Below are positions 27,613 to 36,018 of a DNA stretch of 64,000 nucleotides, piece after piece. Each line of letters opens with the position of its first letter. The first letter of the stretch is position 1. Below the pieces are notes generated by a model. That model did no database searches. It saw only the letters and a list, made by a program, of their open reading frames with translations, and was not told the DNA's origin. The DNA is taken from assembly GCA_965220785.1 (NCBI GenBank), contig CBDCQW010000003.1, positions 702,003-766,002 of the forward strand. The letters run 5' to 3'. This stretch comes from Dehalococcoidia bacterium (GTDB taxonomy: Bacteria > Chloroflexota > Dehalococcoidia > Lucifugimonadales > CAZENU01). Made by a program: the position numbers and the translations under genes.

Positions 27613-28321
27613 CTACCTCGCCGGGTCGGTGCAGGGCCGGGGTCTGGATCCGGCCGCAGGTACGCCGGCGGCGGCCATCAACTCGCGCAGCTCGGCCATC
27701 AGATGCTCGGGCGGCCTTATCGCGGGCGGTCTGGGCGGCCCGGCGGGCAGGCCGACCGTCTCCATCGGGGCCTTGATGATCGGCCCCTCGCCGGCGGTAA
27801 CCTCGCCTACCCTGGCGATCCACCGGCGCCAGGCCCACTTGAACGAGGCCATGTGGTCCTTGACGCCGACATAGTCCCGGGCCTCGAGCAGACTCCACGT
27901 CTTCAGCGGGTACTCGGGCCAGCAGGTGCCGAGATGGCCGACGAAGCCGCGCGCGCCGAGCGCGTGGCTCCAGGCAAGGTTGTCGGTGTTGTCCAGCACG
28001 ACGAGCCGGTCGGCGAACGTGACTATGCCGTCGCGGAACGAGTCGTCGTCGGGCGTGGCCCACTTCAAAGCTCTGACCGTCTCTATCTCGGCGAGCTGTT
28101 CGATCAGGTCGAGGCTCATGGAGAAGCCCAGCCACCAGGTGTTGTACGCCATGATCGACACGTCGGCTGCCGCGTTCGCTACCCGGTTGAACAGCCGCAG
28201 CACGTCGCCCTCCGTGGCCGGATAGTAGTATGCCGGCGATACCTGGACGGCTGAGACGCCTACGCGCGCCGCGTGGCGGGCCATGTCGGCGACCGTCCTG
28301 GCGTCGGTAGTGGGCTTCCTT
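27613..28321 (-). pseudogene. DapA/NAL (dihydrodipicolinate synthase) family gene, C-terminal two-thirds
   Basis: TTDARTVADMARHAARVGVSAVQVSPAYYYPATEGDVLRLF...VRALKWAT (Schiff-base Lys block). An in-frame TGA lies just upstream, and the N-terminal part is found 434 bp away. Confidence 0.75.
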
Positions 28322-28401
28322 CAGTGAACATACAGGAACCTCATATCTTGCCGTGGCTGGGAGGTTGGTTCCCGTTCTCTGCCGTCCCTATCTCTCTGCC
28401 C

Positions 28402-28431
28402 TTGACAAGCCACAAAATGCGATGCTAGGCT
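28402..28431 (+). promoter_or_regulatory. sigma70-like promoter candidate TTGACA-N18-TAGGCT upstream of the tRNA
   Basis: Consensus -35 box, with an 18-nt spacer as in the TGGAACA-element promoters. Lies about 175 nt upstream of the tRNA. Confidence 0.35.
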
Positions 28432-28555
28432 CAGTACGCTGCTCACATATAACTCAGCCCCGTATCTAACTCAGACCTGCCCACACGGGCCTCTATTTAC
28501 CAACCGGCTCTCCGCACCTTAGTTGTCTCGACCTTCGCTGCTGCATGGACTAAAA

Positions 28556-28585
28556 CGGGGCGACAGCGTTTGGACTGTCGCCCCG
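28556..28585. other. perfect 11-bp GC-rich hairpin (CGGGGCGACAG-loop-CTGTCGCCCCG)
   Basis: Seen directly. On the minus strand it is followed by GTTTTAG, on the plus strand by no T-run. Lies between the promoter-like box and the tRNA. Confidence 0.6.
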
Positions 28586-28608
28586 CCATCCAAACCAAGG
28601 GTTGCTGT

Positions 28609-28702
28609 GGAGGGATGCCTAGAGCGGTAATGGGCCTGACTCAAAATCAGTGGCACGGCGCTTACCCCGCCGTCGTGGGTTCGATCCCCACTCCCTCCGC
28701 CA
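28609..28702 (+). tRNA. class II (long variable arm) tRNA, anticodon CAA by manual folding (Leu), encoded CCA
   Basis: Acceptor GGAGGGA/TCCCTCC, T arm GTGGG-TTCGATC-CCCAC, anticodon arm CCTGA-CTCAAAA-TCAGT, variable arm ACGGCG-CTTACCC-CGCCGT, discriminator G. 94 nt. Confidence 0.75.
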
Positions 28703-28755
28703 TCACCTCGGCTTGGTGGCCCATAGCTTACCACACTCTATTTTCCCCCTGCCGC

Positions 28756-28899
28756 CTAATGCTCTCCGGCCGCTCCGCCGACTAGCAGCGAGCCGTTGCC
28801 CGTGGTGACGCCGTGCTCTATGGTGAATCGCAGGTTGTGGCGCAGCGCGTCGAGGTCGAGCCTGAAGTCCTCGGTGAACGGGGTCGCCATGGGTATCAT
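28756..28899 (-). pseudogene. DapA/NAL family gene, N-terminal 47 codons
   Basis: MIPMATPFTEDFRLDLDALRHNLRFTIEHGVTTGNGSLLVGGAAGEH then stop. Matches the family N-terminus (TPF...D...L...GV.G..v.GttGE). Confidence 0.7.
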
Positions 28900-28969
28900 G
28901 GGGCCTGGAGCCACTCTCGTATTCGTTCAGGTTCCAAAGGCCGGTCTCCTTTCGATCTTCGGGTAGTCT

Positions 28970-30331
28970 CTACAGGCCCGCTTCCCTGACCGTCTCCGGC
29001 GTTACCGTGCTGGGCAGCCTGTAGCCCCGGAACAGCCAGTATCCCAGAAATGCGACCGCGCCGGCCACCGGGCCGACCATGCGCAGGCCCAGCGGGTTGA
29101 CCGCAGTGTCTCCCAACTTCAGCACGATGGCCAGCACGAGGGGAGAGAACGACGAGCCGATCTTCTCGAACAGGTTCTGGGTCGCGTAGAACATCCCCTC
29201 GCGGCGCATCCCTGTGCGGATGTGGTCGTAGTCGGTGATGTCGGCCGTGATGGCCCTGGGCAGCAGGTTGACGCCCGCCATCGGGATGCCGGCAAGGAAG
29301 GCGAACGCGATGCCCTGCGCCAGCTTCGGCGCGAACGGTAGGAAGCCCGCGAAGAAGAGGAACGGCATGTAGACCGCCGTGCCGAGCAGGCAGGCGGAGT
29401 AGACCCACCGCTTGCCCTTGCGGTCGCCCAGCTTCCACAGCGCGAACGCCGAGAGCACCATCGCCAACAGGGCGACCGCGGTCAGCAACGAGGTGATGGT
29501 CCCCTCGTTCTCACGCTCCAGGACCTCCGTCACGAAGAACGGCAGCCACGAGATAACCATCGACACGGCGAGCTGGTAGAAGACGAAGGTGGGCAGGAAG
29601 TAGAGGAACTGCTTGTTGCGCAGCGTCGCGGTGAAGGCGGACCCGAGCTCGATGTCCGCCGCGGGCGTCTCCCTCGGCGCGTGCTTCCAGACGCCGCCCA
29701 GGCCGGTGTAGCGGGAGCCGAGGGCCAGCAGCGCGAAGATCGCCCCCATCGCGAAGAAGCCTAGCTGGTCTTTGATCAGCCCGCTCAGCGCGAGCCCGGC
29801 CACCGCGCCCGCGATCCCGAAGTAGAACTGCCACGCGACGATGCTCATGCGGTCCCGGTGCCCGGGCGCGATCTCCGGCAGCAGCGCCTCGTACGGCCCG
29901 CCCGTGAGCGTAGTCGCCAGGAAGAACAGCTCCAGGACGACGAAGAGATAGACGGCGTTGACGTAGCTGGAGTCGCCGCCGGGCGTGAGCCAGAGCAGCG
30001 CGAAGAAGAGCGCGTAGAACGGGGTGCCGAACAGCACGAACGGGATGCGCCGGCCCCAGCGGCTACGCGTCCGGTCGCTCCACCAGCCGATGATCGGGTC
30101 GTCGATGGCCTCGATCACCCGGCCCGCCGTCAGGATAAGGCCGACGAGCACCCGGGGGTCGATGTCCAGCGGGCCAACGGACACGCCGGGCACCGCGGAG
30201 ACCGCGCCCTCGTCCGCGGGAGGCGCCAGGAAGAACAGCAGCCACAGGTGCCTGCTCTGGGCCATGGCCTGGGTGCCCACCAGGTCCGCAGTGTAAAGCA
30301 GCTTGTTGACGACCGGGAGTCTGCTAGCCAC
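28970..30331 (-). CDS. MFS transporter of the glycoside-pentoside-hexuronide (GPH, MelB-like) type
   Basis: IEAIDDPIIGWWSDRTRSRWGRRIPFVLFGTP is the GPH signature. About 12 hydrophobic segments. Confidence 0.8.
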   Translation of the reverse strand: MASRLPVVNKLLYTADLVGTQAMAQSRHLWLLFFLAPPADEGAVSAVPGVSVGPLDIDPRVLVGLILTAGRVIEAIDDPIIGWWSDRTRSRWGRRIPFVLFGTPFYALFFALLWLTPGGDSSYVNAVYLFVVLELFFLATTLTGGPYEALLPEIAPGHRDRMSIVAWQFYFGIAGAVAGLALSGLIKDQLGFFAMGAIFALLALGSRYTGLGGVWKHAPRETPAADIELGSAFTATLRNKQFLYFLPTFVFYQLAVSMVISWLPFFVTEVLERENEGTITSLLTAVALLAMVLSAFALWKLGDRKGKRWVYSACLLGTAVYMPFLFFAGFLPFAPKLAQGIAFAFLAGIPMAGVNLLPRAITADITDYDHIRTGMRREGMFYATQNLFEKIGSSFSPLVLAIVLKLGDTAVNPLGLRMVGPVAGAVAFLGYWLFRGYRLPSTVTPETVREAGL

Positions 30332-30401
30332 GCCGGCGTTCCCGTGAGTGCGCGTTCGCAGTCGAGAGGATTACGAACCTCGCCTGATGGCGGGTCACCG
30401 G

Positions 30402-32879
30402 CTACAAAGCCTTGACGGCGGACTCCAGCCGCGCCGTGGCCTCGAGGTAGTCGGCGCCCCGCGGGAAGACTATCGGCTCGCCGAAGTGGACGTCGATCTT
30501 TCCCCTCGACAGCAGGGGGCCGCGGTCGAATATCGTCGCCTTGTGGAGCTTCACGCGGATGGGCACCACGGGAGTCCGGGACTCGACGGCAATCAGGCCG
30601 GTCCCCGACTTGAACGGTTGCATGCCCTCAGGGTACCGGCCGCCCTCGGGATAGATCAGTATCGACCAGTCCATGTCCAGGAGCCGGCCCAGGTGCTCCA
30701 GGCTGGCCCTGATCGAGCCCTCCCGGGCGAACGGGAACGCGTTGCCGAGCAGCACGTTCGCCATGCCCTTGATGCGCGGCCCGAATATGTCGTCGGCGGC
30801 CGCGGCGGGGCTGAGCCGCCAGCGCCAACCGGGCGGCAGCGCCATCAGCGTGACCGCGCTGTCGAGCTTGACGTTGTGGTTGGAGGCGAACAGCACGGGT
30901 CCCTGGAGCCCGGCCAGGTTCTCCTTGCCGTACACGCGGATCCTGTAGAAGAGGCGCAGGGTGGTGAAGATGACCGCGTACTGAAGCGCGGCGCGGAGAA
31001 GGCGACACCACCACGCTCTGCCCCAGTTTGGGAATCGCATAGGCTGGGCCTGCGCGCCCTCCCGCACCATGGCCGTCAGCTCGGCCAGGGTCGTCTCCGG
31101 CCCCACCCGGTCGTCGTCGACGTAGGCTCCCAACTCCGCCTCGATGGCGGAGAGCAGCTCGACGCGTCCCAGGGAGTCGAGGCCCAGGTCGTCGCTGAGG
31201 CTGCTGTCGTCGCCGATCTGGTCCGCCGGAATCTCGCTCACGATAGCCGCGATGCGGTGGACGTCGTTCAACGGCGCCGCCTTGATGTCCGGCGTGGCGG
31301 CCGGCTCGTCCTGGTCCGCGCCGCGCATCCGCAGCAGGTGGTCGAGCACGAGCTGCTTCTTCACCTTGAGCGTGTGCGTGCGCGGGAAGTCCTCGTCGGG
31401 CCACGCGGTGAAGCCCTGTACGCGCTGATGGTCGGCCAGCACCGCGTTCGCGGACCGCACTATCTCGTCGGCGTCCGCCTCCTCTTCGAGCAGCAACGCC
31501 GCGTGGACCTCGATCGAGGAGTCCCCGGACGGCAGCCCCAGCACCACGCCTTCCCTGACGCCGGGCTGCTTGGCGAGCGCGGTCTCGATGTCCTCGGGGT
31601 AGACGTTCTGTCCGTTGGCCAGGACGATCAGGTCCTTCTTGCGCCCCTTGAGGTACAGGAAGCCGTCGTCGTCCATGAAACCGAGGTCGCCGGTCTTGTA
31701 CCAGCCGTCCTCGAATGCCGCCTCGGTGGCGGCCTCGTTTCGCCAGTAGCCCCGCGTGACGTTGGGCCCGCGCGTCAGCACCTCGCCGTCCTCGGCTATT
31801 CGGACCTCCTGGCCGTCCACGACGCGTCCGACCGAACCCGGCCTCTGCTGGTCGAGGCTGTTCGTGGTGATCACCGGGGACGCCTCGGTCGCTCCGTAGC
31901 CCTGCATCACCCGGATTCCGAGCGTGCCCCACTTCTTCTGCAGCTCGGGGTCGAGGTAGGCGCCGCCGGACATGAAGAACCTGACGCGGCCGCCCATCTG
32001 CCGGTGGACGGGGCGGAACAGCAGCCGCCGTATCGCCATCGGCAGCTTCGACGCGACTCTCTGGAGCAGCTTCCACTGGCGGTCCTTGCCCCGCGCGCTG
32101 ACCTCCCGCTCGATGCCGTTCATGAAGAGCTGGAGGGCCTGCGGGACCAGGACGATGTTCGTCACACGGTTGGCCCGCAGGGTCTTGAAGATCACCGTCG
32201 GCTGGCGGCTGACGGGGTAGACCACGCCCGCGCCGCCGCTCAGCGGCGCCAGCAGCCCTCCCGTCTGCTCCAGCATGTGACTGAGGGGCAACAGGGAAAA
32301 CAGCCGGTCCGACGGCCGGATCGGCACGGCCTCGACGGCGGCGAGGACGTTGGAGGCTATGTTGCCGTGGGTGAGCATCACGCCCTTCGGGTCGCCGGTG
32401 GTGCCGGACGTGAACATCACCTCCGCCAGATCGTCCGCTGCGACGTCGGGACAGCCTGCGCCGGGGTCCGCGGTCTCGACCAGCTCCTCCAGATCGTCGA
32501 GCAGGGCGATGGGCACCGTGTCCCGCAGGGGGCCGTCCGGCGTCTGGCGCGACAGGAAGGCGAGCTTCGGAGTCGTGTGCTCGACGACGCGCTCGACGAA
32601 GTCGGGCGCGGTACGGACGTCCAGGGGCACGGCGACTACGCCGGCGCGCATGCAGCCGAAGAAGGCGGCGACCCATTCCGGTCGGTTCACGGACCAGATG
32701 ATGGCCCGGTCGCCCTTTTCCAGGCCACGTTGCGCCAGGTAGGCGGCCACGCGGCCGGAGAAGTCCCAGAGCCGCTCGTAGCTCCACCTCTGCTGCCGGA
32801 AGCCCGGCGTGATCGTCAGGGCGGTCGAGTCCCCATACCGCTCCGCGGACTCCTTCAGGAGGTCGACGAGTGTCTGCAT
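30402..32879 (-). CDS. tri-domain AMP-dependent acyl ligase + phosphopantetheine carrier + lysophospholipid (PlsC-type) acyltransferase
   Basis: AMP-binding FTSGTTGDPKGV and YKTGDLG. Carrier site LGLDSLGRVEL. Acyltransferase HX4D block ASNHNVKLDS plus IYPEGGR. Confidence 0.85.
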   Translation of the reverse strand: MQTLVDLLKESAERYGDSTALTITPGFRQQRWSYERLWDFSGRVAAYLAQRGLEKGDRAIIWSVNRPEWVAAFFGCMRAGVVAVPLDVRTAPDFVERVVEHTTPKLAFLSRQTPDGPLRDTVPIALLDDLEELVETADPGAGCPDVAADDLAEVMFTSGTTGDPKGVMLTHGNIASNVLAAVEAVPIRPSDRLFSLLPLSHMLEQTGGLLAPLSGGAGVVYPVSRQPTVIFKTLRANRVTNIVLVPQALQLFMNGIEREVSARGKDRQWKLLQRVASKLPMAIRRLLFRPVHRQMGGRVRFFMSGGAYLDPELQKKWGTLGIRVMQGYGATEASPVITTNSLDQQRPGSVGRVVDGQEVRIAEDGEVLTRGPNVTRGYWRNEAATEAAFEDGWYKTGDLGFMDDDGFLYLKGRKKDLIVLANGQNVYPEDIETALAKQPGVREGVVLGLPSGDSSIEVHAALLLEEEADADEIVRSANAVLADHQRVQGFTAWPDEDFPRTHTLKVKKQLVLDHLLRMRGADQDEPAATPDIKAAPLNDVHRIAAIVSEIPADQIGDDSSLSDDLGLDSLGRVELLSAIEAELGAYVDDDRVGPETTLAELTAMVREGAQAQPMRFPNWGRAWWCRLLRAALQYAVIFTTLRLFYRIRVYGKENLAGLQGPVLFASNHNVKLDSAVTLMALPPGWRWRLSPAAAADDIFGPRIKGMANVLLGNAFPFAREGSIRASLEHLGRLLDMDWSILIYPEGGRYPEGMQPFKSGTGLIAVESRTPVVPIRVKLHKATIFDRGPLLSRGKIDVHFGEPIVFPRGADYLEATARLESAVKAL

Positions 32880-32904
32880 GTCTGGAAGTCCTCTCTTGTC
32901 CCGG

Positions 32905-33600
32905 CTAATCGAGCGACTCGCTGAATCTCCGGAGGATAGGCCCCGCCTTGCCTCGGATCGGTGGATAGTGGCTGAAGCAGAGCACGTCGAAGTCCAGCTC
33001 CGCCAGCTTTCGGATCGACCGCTTGGCCTGCCCCATGTCCGCGGTGAAGTGGCTGGATGGCAGTCCGAGCCTGCCGTGGCGGTGCTCCAGCGCGTCCCCG
33101 ACCATCAGCAGGCCCCTGCGCGGGAGGTGGATGCTGATGCTTCCCGGGGTATGCCCGGGCGAATGGACCACCCGAACGGCGCCGAGAACATCTCCGTCCT
33201 CGAGAGTGAGATCGACCGCCACGGGCCTCGGCTTCCGGGAGGCCACCAATGGGGACATCAGGCGGCCCAGGACACGGTTCGTAAACGGGCTGGGGGGCGT
33301 CGCGTCTCCCTGTACGAAGGGTGCCTCGTCACGGTGGACGGCGACGCGTGCGGAGCAGCGTTCGCTCAGATAGGCGGCGTCTCCGAGGTGGTCGGTGTGG
33401 TGGTGGGTGACGATGATGTTCGAGACCTCGGACGGATGACGGCCCAACCGGGCCAGGGACTCCAGCACGCTCCGGCCTGTGCCCCGCCACCCGGAGTCGA
33501 CGATCGCGACCTCGTCGTCCAGCAGCACGAAGACGCTGGTGCCCGGCAGTGAGACCTGGTAGACGTTGGTGACGACTTCGGACGCTCTGGGCACGAACAT
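32905..33600 (-). CDS. MBL-fold metallo-hydrolase
   Basis: VTHHHTDHLGD metal-binding motif, 231 aa. Confidence 0.8.
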   Translation of the reverse strand: MFVPRASEVVTNVYQVSLPGTSVFVLLDDEVAIVDSGWRGTGRSVLESLARLGRHPSEVSNIIVTHHHTDHLGDAAYLSERCSARVAVHRDEAPFVQGDATPPSPFTNRVLGRLMSPLVASRKPRPVAVDLTLEDGDVLGAVRVVHSPGHTPGSISIHLPRRGLLMVGDALEHRHGRLGLPSSHFTADMGQAKRSIRKLAELDFDVLCFSHYPPIRGKAGPILRRFSESLD

Positions 33601-33835
33601 GCCTTCCGATTCGGCGCTGGCCGGCGAGCTGCCAACGCGGTCAAAGTAGCACGACGCTATGCGGCGCGCAACACCGATCGGCGTTCCGTAAATCCCCCAC
33701 CTCCGTCATTCCCGCGAACAGCCTGCCCTCGCGTAGGCGGGGGCGGGAATCTATCACCGACATGGTGCACCATCACGACCCCGAAAGCAGTCAGTCGCGC
33801 GTGCCTTCCCAATCAGGTGGTGAATCCTGGGTTCC

Positions 33836-34141
33836 GTAACTGTTCAGACTTGAGGGGCCGAGACAACCCGTTCACCCTGATTAGCGCCGGTGCCTTGACC
33901 GGCGCGTATCGAAGGGCGCGCGAAACTTTCCCGCCAATGCTGGTGTCGGCCCCACCCAAGGACTGCGTCGTGCGGGCCCTTCGATACACCCCGACGAAGG
34001 GTCGGGGCACTCAGGGCGAACGGGTTGTGTGGCGACGGCCCCGCCCCTACCAGGACTTGACGACCGCAGCAGTGTCATGCCGACGAAAGAGGGAATCTAT
34101 AAGGTTGGGCCGTGTTCCTCTCAGCAACTCTGAACAGTTAC
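33836..34141. repeat. REP/BIME-like cluster bounded by GTAACTGTTCAGA ... AACTCTGAACAGTTAC
   Basis: Two oppositely oriented units of the GAACGGGTT / TATCGAAGGGC family between inverted boundary motifs. A CCGTCATTCCCGCG hairpin unit lies just upstream (33711-33752). Confidence 0.85.
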
Positions 34142-34275
34142 CCAGGAGCGGGTCAGGAGCGGGCGGATCCTGCGTCTCCGGGGCTCGTGGGGGGACACAA
34201 GAGAGTCGTCGCGATTCTCCCGGCGCCCGTGCGCCAAAACGCCCGGCATCGGTGTTAACATCCGGCCCGACGGGT

Positions 34276-35925
34276 ATGGGAACGATGATCGACAGAATGC
34301 GCGGCGGCGTGGCCTACGACCTCGAGGCGTTCCGCGGCGACCTCTTCGGAGGCGTTACCGCCGCGGTGGTCGGGCTTCCGGTGGCCCTGGCCTTCGGTGT
34401 GGCGTCGGGTCTTGGAGCCGTCGCCGGGCTGTACGGCGCCATCACGGTCGGCTTCTTCGCGGCGGTGTTCGGGGGCACGAAGTCCCAGATATCCGGCCCC
34501 ACCGGCCCGATGGCCGTCGCGATGGCCGTGATAGTCACCAATCACGCGAGCAATCTGGCGGAGGCCTTCACGATAGTCGTGATGGCGGGCCTGATCCAGA
34601 TATCTCTGGGCGTGATGAGGATCGGCCGATTCGTGTCCTACACGCCGTATTCGGTGATATCCGGGTTCATGTCCGGTATCGGGGTCATCATCATACTGGT
34701 GCAGACCCTGCCCTTCATCGGCGCGAAGGTGGTCTCGGGCGGACCGGTGGGGACCATCAGGGCGTGGCCGAACGCGATAGGAGACTTTGACGCGGGCGCA
34801 TTGCTCATTGCGATTGTCACCCTGGTCGTGGTCGTCCTATGGCCGCCCCAGCTGAAGCGGTTCCTGCCCCCTACGCTCGCCGCTTTGATCGCCGGCACGC
34901 TGCTGGGCGTGCTGTGGGTAAGCAACGCGCCGGTGATCGGCGAAGTGCCGACCGGGTTGCCCGACCTGCAACTGCCGGTCGTCTCCCTTGACGTGATTGG
35001 GCACGCGGTGCAACCGGCACTCATCATCGCGCTGCTCGGTTCGATCGACAGTCTGCTCACCTCCCTGATAGCCGACGCGATGACCCGCACCCGCCACGGC
35101 CCGAACCGGGAGCTCATCGGCCAGGGCATCGGAAACTCGCTTGCGGGGTTTATCGGCGGCCTGCCCGGCGCCGGGGCCACCCTGGGCACGGTGGTCAACA
35201 TCCGGGCCGGCGGAAGGACTCCGGTGTCGGGCGTGCTGCGGGCCGGAATCCTGCTGGCGCTGGTCCTGGGCCTGGGCAGGTACGTCGAGGTGATACCCCA
35301 CGCGGCCCTTGCCGGCATCCTGATGAAGGTCGGCTGGGACATCATCGATTGGCGCTTTCTCCGCCGCATCCACCGCGTTCAGCGCACGCACCTGCTGGTG
35401 ATGGCGATCACCATGGGACTCACGGTGTTCCTCGATCTCGTCACGGCCGTGGCCATCGGCCTTATCGCGGCGGGCATGGCCGCGGCGCGGCAGCTCGAGC
35501 GCCTGGAGCTGGACAGCGTGGTGTCGGTGCCGATGACGGACCGGACTTTCTTCGGCGACGACGCAACCCTGGGCGCGGACCCCTTCTCGGCGCGCGTCGG
35601 ACTCGTGGCGCTAAGGGGCAACTTCACCGTGGCCTCGTCCGTCAAGCTGATCAACACGATCAGCGTAGACATACGGGACCACGATGTCGTGATCTTCGAT
35701 TTCTCCGAGACCGTCTACATGGACGACAGCGCCGCCCTGGTTGTGGAGCAGCTCATCGACGTCGCCATCGCCGAGAAGACCGAGTGCGTCGTGATGGGGC
35801 TCGAGGGCCTGCCCGCCATAGCGCTTCAGGGGCTCAACGTGCTGAAGGGCGTCCCCGCGGACCACGTAGTCGCAAACCTGGACGAGGCGAGGGGTGTCGC
35901 CAGGCGACTGCTGCTCGAGGCGTAG
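34276..35925 (+). CDS. SulP family anion transporter with C-terminal STAS domain
   Basis: Start at MGTMIDRM. FRGDLFGGVTAAVVGLPVALAFG is typical of SulP. The upstream 153 codons of the track ORF cross the REP cluster. Confidence 0.85.
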   Translation: MGTMIDRMRGGVAYDLEAFRGDLFGGVTAAVVGLPVALAFGVASGLGAVAGLYGAITVGFFAAVFGGTKSQISGPTGPMAVAMAVIVTNHASNLAEAFTIVVMAGLIQISLGVMRIGRFVSYTPYSVISGFMSGIGVIIILVQTLPFIGAKVVSGGPVGTIRAWPNAIGDFDAGALLIAIVTLVVVVLWPPQLKRFLPPTLAALIAGTLLGVLWVSNAPVIGEVPTGLPDLQLPVVSLDVIGHAVQPALIIALLGSIDSLLTSLIADAMTRTRHGPNRELIGQGIGNSLAGFIGGLPGAGATLGTVVNIRAGGRTPVSGVLRAGILLALVLGLGRYVEVIPHAALAGILMKVGWDIIDWRFLRRIHRVQRTHLLVMAITMGLTVFLDLVTAVAIGLIAAGMAAARQLERLELDSVVSVPMTDRTFFGDDATLGADPFSARVGLVALRGNFTVASSVKLINTISVDIRDHDVVIFDFSETVYMDDSAALVVEQLIDVAIAEKTECVVMGLEGLPAIALQGLNVLKGVPADHVVANLDEARGVARRLLLEA

Positions 35926-35944
35926 CGGCTATCCACGGCGGGGC

Positions 35945-35976
35945 GGGATGGGTTCCCGTCTCCACGAGAACGACGG
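35945..35976. repeat. REP-like hairpin unit (inverted copy of 1723-1755)
   Basis: GGGATGGGTTCCCGTCTCCACGAGAACGACGG. Confidence 0.8.
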
Positions 35977-36018
35977 GCGGTGGCGCGTCGTCTGCCCGAC
36001 AGCCGCGGCTCGGGAACC

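Noticed and set aside
28609-28702. Idea that the long tRNA is a selenocysteine tRNA or an 8/4 or 9/3 allo-tRNA
   Set aside because: With U33 fixed the anticodon loop reads CTCAAAA, giving CAA rather than TCA. The acceptor stem is 7 bp and the T stem 5 bp, and an eighth acceptor pair cannot form.
30348-32924. 858-aa plus-strand ORF and 719-aa minus-strand alternative-frame ORF overlapping the acyl-ligase/ACP/acyltransferase gene
   Set aside because: They are Arg/Gly/Pro-rich with no recognisable motifs, typical of high-G+C shadow ORFs. The 30402-32879 frame carries three sets of canonical motifs.
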